From Eledone cirrhosa (Eukaryota): a stretch of 64,000 bases of DNA. A program made the position numbers and the translations under genes. Positions 12,600 through 26,500 of the stretch are shown here, one piece after another (position 1 is the first letter of the stretch; every line of letters starts with the position of its first letter). The stretch covers positions 35,278,001-35,342,000 of the forward strand of contig OZ024742.1 of assembly GCA_964016885.1 (NCBI GenBank). The letters are read 5' to 3'. The notes under the pieces are model-generated. The model was not told the DNA's origin. It saw only the letters and a program-made list of their open reading frames with translations, and did no database searches.

Positions 12600-12959
12600 C
12601 ACACATACACCTCACCCAAACAGTAAAATCTAAATCTATGGCATCAACAGATCATGGTTGTAGTGGAGCCCCTCTCTTCCCCACCGGGAAAGATTTCAAA
12701 AATGGCTACAGTTCGAAGGGGAAGGGACATGTGCACCTTTGATTTTGGGGGTCACTATAGCTCAGTTGTGTTGGTGGTTTTTAGAGATAATGTTGCGTTA
12801 GGAAGGGAGGGAGGCTGCAGCTCTGCAAAGCCACCTCTTTCACCCACTCCTACCACTACATTTACACTGCCCTTCCTCCATGGAAAATAACCCCCTACCC
12901 CCAAGCTTCATCCTCTTCCTATACACACCCATTCAACAAGACCTCTCAGTTCACTTCCA

Positions 12960-13345
12960 CAACAAACTTCACCATCATCATCACCACCACCACCACACTC
13001 TTCATCTCAAATTCCCCCCCAGCCTTCACCACCACCACCACACTCTTCATCTCAAATTCCCCCCCAGCCTTCACCACCACCACCACCACACTCTTCATCT
13101 CAAATTCCCCCCCAGCCTTCACCACCACCACCACACTCTTCATCTCAAATTCCCCCCCAGCCTTCACCACCACCACCACCACACTCTTCATCTCAAATTC
13201 CCCTCCAGCCTTCACCACCACCATCACCACACTCTTCATCTCAAATTCCCCTCCAGCCTTCACCACCACCATGCTGCTCATCTCAAATTCCCCTCCAGCC
13301 TTCACCACCACCATGCTGCTCATCTCAAATTCACCACCACCACCA
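12960..13345. repeat. Minisatellite, about 39-42-bp unit (CAC)n-ACTCTTCATCTCAAATTCCCCCCCAGCCTT
   Basis: About 9 visible tandem units. Confidence 0.9.
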
Positions 13346-13719
13346 TCATCACCACCACCACCACCACAACCACCACTGTCATCATCATCATCACTTACTA
13401 CCACACTCATATCATATTCACCTCCAACCTTCACCATCACCACTTACCACCTCCCCCCACTTCGGTCATCTCTACCACCTCCCCCACTCCAGTCATCATC
13501 TCTACCACCTCCCCCCCACTTTGGTCATCATCTCTACCACACACCCCTCCCCCACTCCAGTCATCATCCCTACCACCTCCCCCCACCCCACACAACTTGG
13601 CTGTTTTCCCCCCAGTCTGAAATGGGTTAATAATGATTTATTAATTTGATTTACCTTATCACCCCCCCCCCTCCTCTCATTCTTCACCTCATAAAAAGTA
13701 TCCCTCCTGCCAGAAACCC

Positions 13720-16700
13720 ACCACCACTACTACTACTACTACACTACAACCATTCACTACCACCAGCCTCACTACTGCACACCACCACCACCCTCACTAC
13801 TGCACACCACCACTACTACCACCACCACCACCCTCACTACAGCACACCACCACTACTACCACTACCACCACCCTCACTACGGCACACCACCACTACTACC
13901 ACTACCCTCACTACTGCACACCACCACTACTACCACTACCACCAGCCTCACTACTGCACACCACCACTACTACCACCACCACCACCCTCACTACTGCACA
14001 CCACCACTACTACCACCACCACCACCCTCACTACTGCACACCACCACTACTACCACCACCACCACCCTCACTACAGCACACCACCACTACTACCACTACC
14101 ACCACCCTCACTACGGCACACCACCACTACTACCACTACCACCAGCCTCACTACTGCACACCACCACTACTACCACCACCACCACCCTCACTACGGCACA
14201 CCACAACTACTACCACTACCACCAGCCTCACTACTGCACACCACCACTACTACCACTACCACCAGCCTCACTACGGCACACCACAACTACTACCACTACC
14301 ACCAGCCTCACTACGGCACACCACAACTACTACCACCACCACCACCCTCACTACGGCACACCACAACTACTACCACTACCACCAGCCTCACTACTGCACA
14401 CCACCACCACCCTCACTACTGCACACCACAACTACTACCACTACCACCAGCCTCACTACTGCACACCACCACCACCCTCACTACTGCACACCACCACTAC
14501 TACCACTACCACCAGCCTCACTACGGCACACCACAACTACTACCACTACCACCACCCTCACTACTGCACACCACCACTACTACCACTACCACCACCCTCA
14601 CTACTGCACACCACCACTACTACCACTACCACCACCCTCACTACTGCACACCACCACTACTACCACTACCACCACCCTCACTACAGCACACCACCACTAC
14701 TACCACTACCACCACCCTCACTACGGCACACCACCACTACTACCACTACCACCACCCTCACTACTGCACACCACCACTACTACCACTACCACCAGCCTCA
14801 CTACTGCACACCACCACTACTACCACCACCACCACCCTCACTACGGCACACCACAACTACTACCACTACCACCAGCCTCACTACTGCACACCACCACCAC
14901 CCTCACTACTGCACACCACCACTACTACCACCACCACCACCCTCACTACGGCACACCACAACTACTACCACTACCACCACCCTCACTACTGCACACCACA
15001 ACTACTACCACTACCACCACCCTCACTACTGCACACCACCACTACTACCACTACCACCACCCTCACTACTGCACACCACCACTACTACCACCACTACTAC
15101 CACCACCACCACCCTCACTACGGCACACCACCACTACTACCACTACCACCACCCTCACTACTGCACACCACCACTACTACCACCACCACCACCCTCACTA
15201 CAGCACACCACCACTACTACCACTACCACCAGCCTCACTACTGCACACCACCACTACTACCACCACCACAACTACTACCACTACCACCAGCCTCACTACT
15301 GCACACCACCACTACTACCACCACCACCACCCTCACTACAGCACACCACCACTACTACCACTACCACCACCCTCACTACTGCACACCACCACTACTACCA
15401 CCACCACCACCCTCACTACGGCACACCACCACTACTACCACTACCACCACCCTCACTACTGCACACCACCACTACTACCACTACCACCACCCTCACTACT
15501 GCACACCACCACTACTACCACTACCACCACCCTCACTACGGCACACCACCACTACTAACACTACCACCACCCTCACTACTGCACACCACCACTACTACCA
15601 CTACCACCACCCTCACTACTGCACACCACCACTACTACCACTACCACCACCCTCACTACTGCACACCACCACTACTACCACTACCACCACCCTCACTACT
15701 GCACACCACCACTACTACCACTACCACCACCCTCACTACTGCACACCACCACTACTACCACTACCACCACCCTCACTACTGCACACCACCACTACTACCA
15801 CTACCACCACCCTCACTACTGCACACCACCACTACTACCACTACCACCACCCTCACTACTGCACACCACCACTACTACCACTACCACCACCCTCACTACG
15901 GCACACCACCACTACTACCACTACCACCACCCTCACTACTGCACACCACCACCACTACCACCCTCACTACTGCACACCACCACCACTACCACCCTCACTA
16001 CTGCACACCACCACCACCACCACCCTCACTACTGCACACCACCACCACTACCACCCTCACTACTGCACACCACCACCACTACCACCCTCACTACTGCACA
16101 CCACCACCACTACCACCCTCACTACTGCACACCACCACCACTACCACCCTCACTACTGCACACCACCACCACTACCACCCTCACTACTGCACACCACCAC
16201 CACTACCACCCTCACTACTGCACACCACCACCACTACCACCCTCACTACTGCACACCACCACCACTACCACCCTCACTACTGCACACCACCACCACTACC
16301 ACCCTCACTACTGCACACCACCACCACCACCACCCTCACTACTGCACACCACCACCACTACCACCCTCACTACTGCACACCACCACCACTACCACCCTCA
16401 CTACTGCACACCACCACCACTACCACCCTCACTACTGCACACCACCACCACTACCACCCTCACTACTGCACACCACCACCACTACCACCCTCACTACTGC
16501 ACACCACCACCACCACCACCCTCACTACTGCACACCACCACCACTACCACCCTCACTACTGCACACCACCACCACTACCACCCTCACTACTGCACACCAC
16601 CACCACCACCACCCTCACTACTGCACACCACCACCACTACCACCCTCACTACTGCACACCACCACCACTACCACCCTCACTACTGCACACCACCACCACT

Positions 16701-16810
16701 ACCACCCTCACTACTGCACACCACCACCACTACCACCACCACCACCTTCACTACTGCACACCACTACCACCACCACCACCCTCACTACTGCACACCACCA
16801 CCACTACCAC
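13720..16810. repeat. 3.1-kb minisatellite, 40-bp unit changing to a 31-bp unit (core CCTCACTACTGCACACCACCAC)
   Basis: Directly visible tandem array. The 1071-aa ORF is a by-product of it. Confidence 0.95.
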
Positions 16811-16912
16811 AACCATCTGAAGGAATCCTTCCTGGATAATTTGGATAATGATGATAACTAATGATTCTCATCATCTCCTGACACACACGTGTGTGTATAT
16901 ATATGTGTGTGT

Positions 16913-16943
<31 letters not shown>

Positions 16944-17513
16944 TATATGTATATATATATGTATATATATATATATGTATATATGTATGTGTGTATCTGT
17001 ATACATGTTTGTTTATAAATATTTGTATATATATGTGTGTGTGTTTGTATGTGTATGTATAAAAGAGAGGTAATAAGTTTTATTTTGGGATGTATATATC
17101 TGGTCCACATCGGGTCGGATGGGTTGATACGTGATTCTTGATTTCATTTGATTATAGTGGTCATGTTGTTGTTGGTGTTGTTGTTGTAGTAGTAGTAGTA
17201 GTAGTAGTAGTAGAGTGTCTGGGGGAGTAACAACAAGATTTAATGTTGGAGTAGAAATTGGGTATAATATAAGGATGATAAAGGTGACGTCGCTATATGT
17301 GTATGCTGATAAATCTTAATTACTAATCAATATCTGCCAATGTGTGCATGTGTGGATGTTTAGAAATCTCAGTCTGTGTGTGTATTTGTTTATATATATA
17401 AATATAAATTTGTATTGGTGCTACGATATAGTAATATACTTATAAATCTACATATTGTATATTTAACAATATATGGTATGTTTATGGAAAAAACATTTTG
17501 AAAGCCTTTCACT

Positions 17514-17877
17514 GTGAATTTTAAGGTTGTGATGAATGTCACATTTCTAGTTTCAGCAGAAGCAGGGGGAAGTAATCAACGATGCCACTGTTTCTCACTC
17601 ATAAGTGGTTGTCAAGACTACATATATCCCCACCTTTCCTGTAGAATTCTGCTTATGTTTATGAGCTGATGAACGCTCCATATGCAAATGAGTTTCTTCA
17701 GCTCATAAACGTAAGCAGAATTCCATAAGAATCCAGCTTATTTTAGCTTCAGCAAAAGCTGGGAGATACATAGTCTTGACAACCACTTATGAGTGAGAAA
17801 CAGTGGCATCGTTGATTACTTTCCTCTGCTTTTGCTGAAGCTAGGAATGTGACATTCGTCACAACCTTAAAATTCAC
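17514..17877. repeat. Imperfect long inverted repeat of a Penelope-like terminal family (single-orientation homologue at about 12060-12315)
   Basis: Outer arms gtgaattttaaggttgtga... and ...tcacaaccttaaaattcac. Centre is ATGAG-CTGATGA...TCTTCAG-CTCAT. Confidence 0.75.
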
Positions 17878-20502
17878 TCCCTGGTTTGAAGGTATCTTTC
17901 TCTCTTCCCATCACTTGTCCCAGACTAAAGAGCAATAAAAAAAAAAATAATAAAACAGTTGTCTGTCAATACAAATCATTAGGCAGAATCATCCTGGCCC
18001 TTTTGATACCCAACTATCTAAAACTGCCCCTGCTGATTCTACGAAACTTTGTGTAAGAACCTTTATTAAATCATGATCCAAACACCAGCTTAGCTGTTAA
18101 TGCCATGAACTACATGAAACCACAATTGCAATACATTCCTGAAAAGTGCAAAACAGTACCATAACTGAATCACATTAAATATTAAAGTCTTCACTCTACC
18201 TCTGCAATTTTTTACAATGATCTGTCCACTGTTAATTTTCATATTTGAACTAACAAACCTGTTTTGAGATATTTTCTGCCTAATCATTACAGGATGTTAA
18301 GAGTTGATAATAAGAGAAAATTACTTAAATCATTAAATTTCTCAATTCTTGATTAGTTTCAAAATTAAGTGGAAATCATAGGCAGTGCCTTTCATAAGAA
18401 ATATGCTAACGAGTGGGTTAATTAAGACTCTGGGAAGGGGGAAAAGCAAATATTAAACAAAACTGTTGATAAAAATTAGAATATTTTTACATAAAACTAA
18501 ATTTTAATTCATCAAATAAGTCTCCAGAAAGATTGACATTAAGATTGACATTAAGAGAGATCTTATTTCAGGATTTAACACATTAATATATATGAATATT
18601 TGCATGTATGTACATGTATATGTATGTATTTTTACATGTGAATATATAAATACAAAATGTTAATTACTCTAATGAATTTTTGATGTTAATTAGAAGGCAG
18701 ATAACATACCACACAGCCCCCCTCATATGAACCAGAATTAATGCCAATAAATCATATATCTTAAATAATATTAATTAATTGGTGTTAAAAGCAAATAATC
18801 AGAAAATTCTATAAAGATAGTTTTAAAAGGTTTGAAACAAAGTTGTATTGATATAGATATTAAAATATTCTTGGTAGTAATTTATATATCAAAATCTCTC
18901 AACAAAACAATTTTCAAATAATTTTGAAAATAATCAAGATTTAAGAGGGATTCATATAATAGTTATAATATAGTCAAATAAGTCTCTTAAATTACCCTTG
19001 GAGATGAAAAACAGATTGTAATAGGTGCCTGTATTATTCACCCCACCCGCAGCTGTGATAACCACTACACAAAAGCAACCTTTGTTTCTCTCTCCAAGAG
19101 TAACTTTCTTGACTTATTCAACTATTTTATAGTCATTGCCGCGGTTAACTTTGCCTTTCATCCTTACGGAGTCGATAAAATAAAGTACCAGTAATGTACT
19201 GGGTAATTGCTGGTCTTGTGCCAAAAGTAGAAACAATTATATATATAACGTAGATTTACATTGAATATTCAAGTGTCTTTTGTGGTTATGAAAACGGAAA
19301 AGGAAGGGGAAGGCAAGGGTTCTAGTGTCACAGAAGGATAGGGAGGGTGATAGACTCTGGACAAGACCAAAAAAGCATTCCTGCAGACAATGGCCAGCAA
19401 CACCTGCTGCAACAGCCACCCCACTTAGCAGGGCACCTTCCTATGCCCCAGCTTTTCATAATTAAAGCAAATAAATTGCAAAATTTCAGACTTGCCCAAT
19501 TTCTTCTTAAACTTTATTTCTAGTCAATTGTTAGTGGTGAAAAATTGGTCATGTCACTTTGGTGTAATGGTTATCACAGCTACCCAGCATATGGTAGATG
19601 CCTGGTTCAGTTCTGGCAGGCATCTCTGTCCACCCTTTTATCTTCTTAAGGGTAATTTACCCAGTTGTTTTTGCTAATGTACATACAGTCATCAACTGAA
19701 ATCACAGCCATTTTGTAATGTGATTGATGCTTGAAATCCTGTGTTTCATCTCCTTCAGAAAATTGCTTACCTGGTTGACATGGAACTTTAAATAGTATGT
19801 GTGTATGTATATATATATATTACCTTTGGCGTTATGCAGTAATACAGAAGATCCGAGTTCTGCCGAAGCTGAAGCATATAGGCAATATGCCCCCACGGCC
19901 CTCCGACTGTAAAGTGGTCTTGTAGGTGACATGACAAAAAGCACCCAGTACTCACTGTAAATGAGGTTGGTGTTAGGAAGGGCATCCCGCTGTAGAAACC
20001 GAGCCAAAATCAGTCCTGCATGAGTAAGATATGGTCACCTGACCTGGCATTGCCCACAACAGGACAACCCGTCTAACATGCTAGCGTGGAGACTGATGTA
20101 AAACGGTGATGATGATGATAAATATATATATATATTTATATATAGAATAGGGTTGAGAAGACTCTTCAGTTGTGTCAAGAGCACAACAAACTCTCTAGTG
20201 TTGGTGATATGATAAAATGCACCCAGTACACTCTGTAAAGAGATTGTTAGAAAGGGCTGTAAGCTGTGGAAAACTTACCAAACATGGGTAGAAAGGACTT
20301 TCCAGTTGTGTCAAAGACATGACAACCTCCCTTATGCTGATACCACAATAACATGCATAGCACACTCTGTAGATTGTAGGAACTTACCTAAGCCAGACGT
20401 GACACTGGCCCTCTGTGAGATCAGTGGCTCTAATTGAGTACTGACTTGGTCCAAGATGACCCATCCAATCCTTGCTAGCTGGAAAAATAGACATTAAATG
20501 AT

Positions 20503-20693
20503 AATTGTTTCTACTTTTGGCACAAGGCCAGCAATTAACCAGTGTATTACTGGTACTTTATTTTATCGACCTCGTAAGGATGAAAGCCAAAGTTAACCTC
20601 GGCAGGATTTGAACTCAGAATGGCAAGGGCCATAACTCTTTGCTGCAAAGCATGGCGTCCGACCCTTTACCAATACTGCCAATCCACCGCCAT
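20503..20693 (-). mobile_element. SINE family A
   Basis: Reverse complement of a full family A copy. Confidence 0.85.
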
Positions 20694-20879
20694 TAAATGA
20701 TAATGAAACATATAATGAAATTACTGTAGAGGTATGTATTTGGATAATATTCCTGACAAAGCAGAGATGGAGAATCCATTTAATGTAATTAAGTGTGTAA
20801 GATGATGTGAATATATGAGCAAATGTGTGTGTTTGTTTATATATATATATGTATGTTTGTATGTATGTATATCTATATA

Positions 20880-21222
20880 GGCACATGGCTTAGTGGTTAG
20901 AGCATTGACCTTGCAATCGAAAGGTTGTGAGTTCAATTCTAAGACCAGGTGATGTGTTGTTTCCTTGAGCAAGACACTTTATTTCACATTGCTCCAGTTT
21001 ACTCAGCTGTAGAAATGAGATGATAGGGACAAGGGTCCATATCATTCCACTGCAAAGTGGTCGTGGAGGTGCCACGGCAAAAAAAGCACCCAGCATTCAC
21101 TGTAAATGAGGTTGGTGTTAGGAAGGGCATCCAATTGTAGAAATCAAGCCAGAATTAGTTCCCGTCCCACCCTTGCAAGCAGGGAAAAAGCGGACGTAAA
21201 TTGAAATGATAATGATGATGAT
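20880..21222 (+). mobile_element. tRNA-derived SINE family B with RTE-derived tail
   Basis: tRNA-like head GGCACATGGCTTAGTGGTTAGAGC...GAGTTCAATTC. The tail GTTGGTGTTAGGAAGGGCATCC...GGACGTAAA-(GAT)n is shared with the adjacent RTE LINE 3'UTR. Confidence 0.85.
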
Positions 21223-21275
21223 GTAAGTATACATATATAATGTATGTATATATATATAATGTATGTATATGCAAA

Positions 21276-21310
<35 letters not shown>

Positions 21311-21313
<3 letters not shown>

Positions 21314-23190
21314 ATAGCGCAACTAATCAGAGAGAGAATTGACCTAGATGAAATGCAGTTCGGGTTTGTGTCAGGCAAAAGTACCACAGGCGCTCTTTTC
21401 ATAGTACGACAACTACAGGAGAAGTACCTAGCTAAAGGTAAACCCCTCTACTTAGCTTTTGTCGACTTGGAGAAGGCCTTCGACAGAGTCCCCCGCTCCA
21501 TTATCTGGTGGGCTCTTAGAAAACTAGGCGTTCACGAATGGCTTGTGAGGGCTATACAAGCCATGTATAAAGAAACAGTCAGCAAGGTTAGAATTAACAA
21601 CGAATATAGTGAAGAGTTTAGCGTAAAAGTTGGCGTCCATCAGGGCTCTGTTCTCAGCCCCCTACTATTTATTATTGCCCTTCAGGCTATAACAGAGGAG
21701 TTCAAGACAGGCTGCCCATGGGAACTCCTATACGCAGACGACCTGACACTCATAGCGGAATCAATGGCCGAGCTAGAGAAGAAATTCCAAACATGGAAGC
21801 ACGGCCTAGAGTCAAAAGGACTTAAAATTAACCTGGCTAAGACCAAAGTTCTAGTTTGTAGGAAAGAAAACAAGGCGGCGGTCCCTTCTGGGAAATGGTC
21901 GTGCTCGGTGTGTAGGAAAGGCGTAGGTAGAAACTCCATTTTATGTCCTAAATGCAAAGTATGGGTGCATAAAAGATGTTGTGGGATCACAGGTAAGCTA
22001 ACTAAGAACATAGATTTTACATGTGGCCGGTGTTCTGGTGCAATAAGTAGCAGCAAGTGCCCACAAAATACTAGCTCTTTCAATTGCGCAGAGGGTTCTA
22101 TAGAAATAGTGGACAGCTTCCGCTACCTGGGCGATAAAATCAGCAGTGGGGGAGGGTGCTCTGAAAGTACTGTAGCTAGAGTCAGAACTGGTTGGAAAAA
22201 GTTCAGAGAGCTTATACCACTATTAGCTGCTAAAGGGTTCTCCCTAAAAATGAAAGGCAGGTTGTACGATGCCTGCATACGAACAGCAATGTTGCATGGC
22301 AGTGAGACCTGGGCATTGTGTGCAGAGGATATACGCAGATTAGAGAGGAACGAAGCTTGCATGCTCCGCTGGATGTGTAACAGTAATATACGTGAACGGC
22401 AAAGCAGAAACGAACTAAGGAAAAAATTAGAGATAAGAAGGATCAGATGTTGTTTACTCGAGAGAAGGCTACGTTGGTATGGACACGTGATGCGCATGAA
22501 AGTCGATAGCTGTATAACAAAGTGCAGGGCAATAAAGATAGACGGTAGTCACGGAATAGGCAGACCTAGAAAAACCTGGGACGAGCTGATAAACTCCGAC
22601 ATCACACACTTACACCTCTCCAAGACAATGTCACTGGACCGAGACCTTTGGCGGTACTCAGTAATAGAGAAGACCCGCCTTACCTAAATACAAAGTAAAA
22701 CCTACTACAGTCAGTAGGCATCTCTAACAAAATACACCCCCCGTCCCACCACCCCCACCCCATCCACACCGCCCCTTTCAATGTAAAGTTATGTTGGTGC
22801 CACAACATCCAGGCCGAAACAAATGAGAACGTGTAGGTGTCACGACAAAAAAACACACAGTCCACGCTGTAATGTGGCCGTGTAGGCAATACGGTAAAAA
22901 CCTCCCAGCCCCACACTGTAAATGTGGTTGGTGTTAGGAAGGGCATCCAGCCGTAGAAAACCCGCCAGACAGTCCACGCTGTAATGTGGCCGTGTAGGCA
23001 ACACGGTAAAAACCTCCCAGCCTCACACTGTAAATGTGGTTGGTGTTAGGAAGGGCATCCAGCTGTAGAAAACCCGCCAGACAGTCCTATGCGAGCAAGA
23101 CAATCACTCTTGCCTCAAGTGGGACTACCCCCGTCCAAACCCATGCAAGCGTGGAACACGGACGTTAAACGTTGATGATGATGATGATGA
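21311..23190 (+). mobile_element. 5'-truncated RTE-clade LINE (RT with internal PHD finger); ORF open to 22687
   Basis: RT motifs QFGF, LAFVDLEKAFDRV, GVHQGSVLSP, LLYADD, FRYLG. RTE C-terminus [12 protein letters not shown]...GRPRKTW...DRDLWR. (GAT)n tail. 5' end abuts (TA)n. Confidence 0.93.
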
Positions 23191-23572
23191 CACACATGCG
23201 CATTTTTTATTCAAAGCTTTATTTTGAAAAGAAAAAAAGGATTTAAAAAATCAATGTACATCATAACACAGAGTTTTAACATATTTACTATTTCTATTGG
23301 TGATAATAATAATAATAATAATAATAATAATGTTTTCTTTATTAACCACAAGGGTTTACATAAAGTAGACATTTAGGACAGTACAGGACAATACAGGACG
23401 GTACAAATGGGCATTTCTGCGTGTAAAAAAAACGGAGGTTGAAATAAAATAACAAAGAAAAATTCCCCAATAGGGGGGAAACTTCCGAGGGACATTTGTG
23501 GAGAAAGCCCATTAAAAGACCACAGTGGCCCTGACCACCAGGGCAAGTGCCCTCTCCCAGTTTTCCACCTTT

Positions 23573-26500
23573 AATTTACAGACACATACTCAGAGAAAGC
23601 CCATTCATTCGGGCCATACTTGCTTCTCTCACCCATCTTTCAACAAAATGCTGGGAAGAGAGCACTTCCCTCTCTACCCTGATTTTCCTTTTCAAATGAA
23701 ATTTGAAAAAGTTAATCAGGGCATCACCGAAGAGGTAAGTGCTCGTCTTCAGCCCTTTCAAACGTGTCCACCATACTATCTCTTTCGCCATGGCCACCAG
23801 AGAGATAAAAACTGCCTACCCTTCCCGGCTAAAGGAAGGGGGCGGGGCAATCCTCACGATGGACTCAGCTGATAGCTGGATCCGTCCTACACGTGACAGC
23901 AGGTGTTCGACATAAATCCACAAGTCAGCAATGCTCGGACACTGGACGAGTGCGTGCAGGACGGTTTCGTCGCCCTGCGCGCATCTCGGACATACCCGGC
24001 TGACGGCACCTCCATGCCTGTAGAGTTTATCCCGAACTGGCAAGGCTCCTCGGTAGCACTGCCAGGCCAGGGATTTCTGGAAGTTGTCCATAGGCCCCGG
24101 CCCGAAAGTCCTTCCGAAGAGATTGGCTAGTTGATTTTCGTCGACGCCTAGAGTTTCTCCAAGTACATCGTCGCTCTTCCCCTCCACTAATCCCCTATAG
24201 AACGCCAAGGTGGAGTTTCCACCGATCACATTGCCCGAATGGTCGAGGGCTGTGAGCGCCTGAAGACATTCCAGTCTCCAAGCGCTCCCTCTCGGTTTTC
24301 GCTTGACCCAGGACTGCAGCTCCGTCAAGGAGACGAGCTGGGGAAAAACGTGTCTAGCAAACGGCGACCACACCTGATCACCGTCGAGGAAGAGGTGGAG
24401 ATGTCGTAGCCTGAGCGCGTGTCTGCGCATCATCAGCCACGGCATGCCCAGCCCTCCACGTAGCGGGTGTTGACAGCAGATGGACCGCCTGACCATCGGA
24501 GCGCGTCCCTTGCACAAGAAGCGAAACAGCAAACGCTCCAGCGCAGTCAGGCGGGGCTTAGGACAAGGTACGACGGTCAGGCGGTAGTAGATGACGGATG
24601 CGATGTACGCATTCGCCACCTCCGCTCGACCTTTCAGGGATAGCTTCCTCTCGGCCCATTTCTGGGTGAGAGAAGCCACCCTGCTGGTCACCTCGTCCCA
24701 GTTTTTGTCCGTCTGAAGGTCTGGACCGAACCAGACCCCTAGCAATTTAACCGGTCCGTCCGTCCAGCGCCCGACGACGCTGTTGGACGGCATGGACCTG
24801 CCTCTCCAGGTGCCGAGCTGCAGGCCCACTGACTTTTCCTGGTTGATCATTGCTCCTGTCACCGCTTCGTATTCTCTTAGTGTAGTGCTGATCGCCTCGA
24901 TGTGTTTGGCGTTCGACACCACTACGGTGACATCGTCGGCATATGCTGACACGGATCTTCCGCATCCTAGTTCGCGCGGGACCCCCCTCAACGTCTCCAG
25001 TTTGTGCAGTAATGGCTCGAGAGTCAATACGTACAATAGGGACGAGAGGGGACATCCTTGGCGGACCGAGCGCATGATGTTGAACGGTTCCGAAAGGTGA
25101 CCGTTCACTCTCACTACAGAGCAGATGTCGCTGTGCATGGCAGCGATCCAGCCTCTGAAGACGGGCCCAAAGCCAGCCGCCCTCAGGACTGCCGCTAAGT
25201 AACGATGGTCGACCCTATCGAAGGCTTTCGATTGATCTAAATTGATCAAAGACCCACCCTTGCCAGGTTCCCTAGCTACCCTCTCTACGATGTATCGCAT
25301 GAGGTGGAGGTTGTCGTGGATGGATCTGTCGGGAATGGCGCATGTCTGTGCCTCTCCCACCAGACCACCAACGACAAGCGCCAACCTCTTTGCTAGCACC
25401 TTGGCCAAAATCTTGAACTCTGTGTTTAGCAGAGTTATGGGCCTAAAATTATCTATGTTATCCCCCTTGTTCGGATCCTTTCTCAGCAGCGCCACCGCTC
25501 CTCGTCTCACAGAGCTGGGAATTCTCCCGTTCTGTTGCCAGTTGTAGTAGACGTCCGCCAAGAGGCCTCCGAACAAGTTTGGCATTTGTACGTAAAGTTC
25601 ATAGGGCAGACCATCCAAACCAGGCGATTTACCCCTTGTGCTGCCAGTCATTGCATCCCGTACTTCAGCGGTTGTTATCGGCTTTTCGCAACACTCCGCC
25701 TCAGTGGCCGAAAGCCGTGGCAGTCCGTCGAGGTAGACACTAAAGTCCATCCCTCGATCCGGCCCGCCACTGCCCCCGAACAGTTGAGCGAAGTGTCGCT
25801 GAAAAGTTTCACACATTTGCCCGGAATCGAGTAGCATGCGCCTGTCGTGGTCCACCAAAGACCGGATCGTGGCTTTATTGCCACAACGCGCCTCCGCCAC
25901 TCAGGCCCATTGAACGGCTTTCGTCCCCTCGTGTCTGAGAGCACGCACCCTAGCTCTGACAACGCAGCCTTCGTGCTTTGCATTGAAGAATTGGTCAAGG
26001 GCCAATTTCGCCGCAAGTACGTCGGTCGCGATGCCTTTGCTAAGCGCCTCATCTAATTTTCTAACTAGTTCTCCCTCTGCTCTATTTTTCTCTATTGCTA
26101 AAGTCTTACTAAACCTAATGGACTCTATTCTAATTGCTCTTTTCAGAGCAAACCACCACTTGTTGTTGACGATGGCCCCCGTCAACGCCCGCTTAACTAG
26201 TTCGCTAATCCGGTCTCTGTAGGCCTTGCGCGCTGGTAAGGACGCGTTTAGCTTCCAGTAGCCGGGTCCTCGCCTATGAAGCCTATCTAAGTCAAGCACA
26301 CAGATCACGAATTTGTGGTCCGTGTAGCTGACTATCTTGAATTGTGGACAACCTATGCTAGACCTATCTATTTCCCTACAAAATACTCTATCTAGATATG
26401 ATCTGGATGACCCTATGCGATTTGTCCAAGTCCACATTGGTACATTCGGGAAATCCATTCGGTACCTGTCAGACAGTTCAAAACGTCTGAGCAGGTTGGT

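Noticed and set aside
12880-13620. 246-aa His-rich ORF with HHHHTLHLKFPPSL repeats
   Set aside because: Intronic minisatellite. Units vary only by CAC slippage, with no signal peptide or splice evidence.
13646-16861. 1071-aa His/Thr/Pro-rich ORF
   Set aside because: Product of a CAC/TAC minisatellite that is almost stop-free. Unit lengths (40, 31) are not multiples of 3 and it lies inside an intron.
20880-20955. tRNA gene
   Set aside because: The tRNA-like head continues into a SINE body found at several loci. No clean acceptor stem or terminator.
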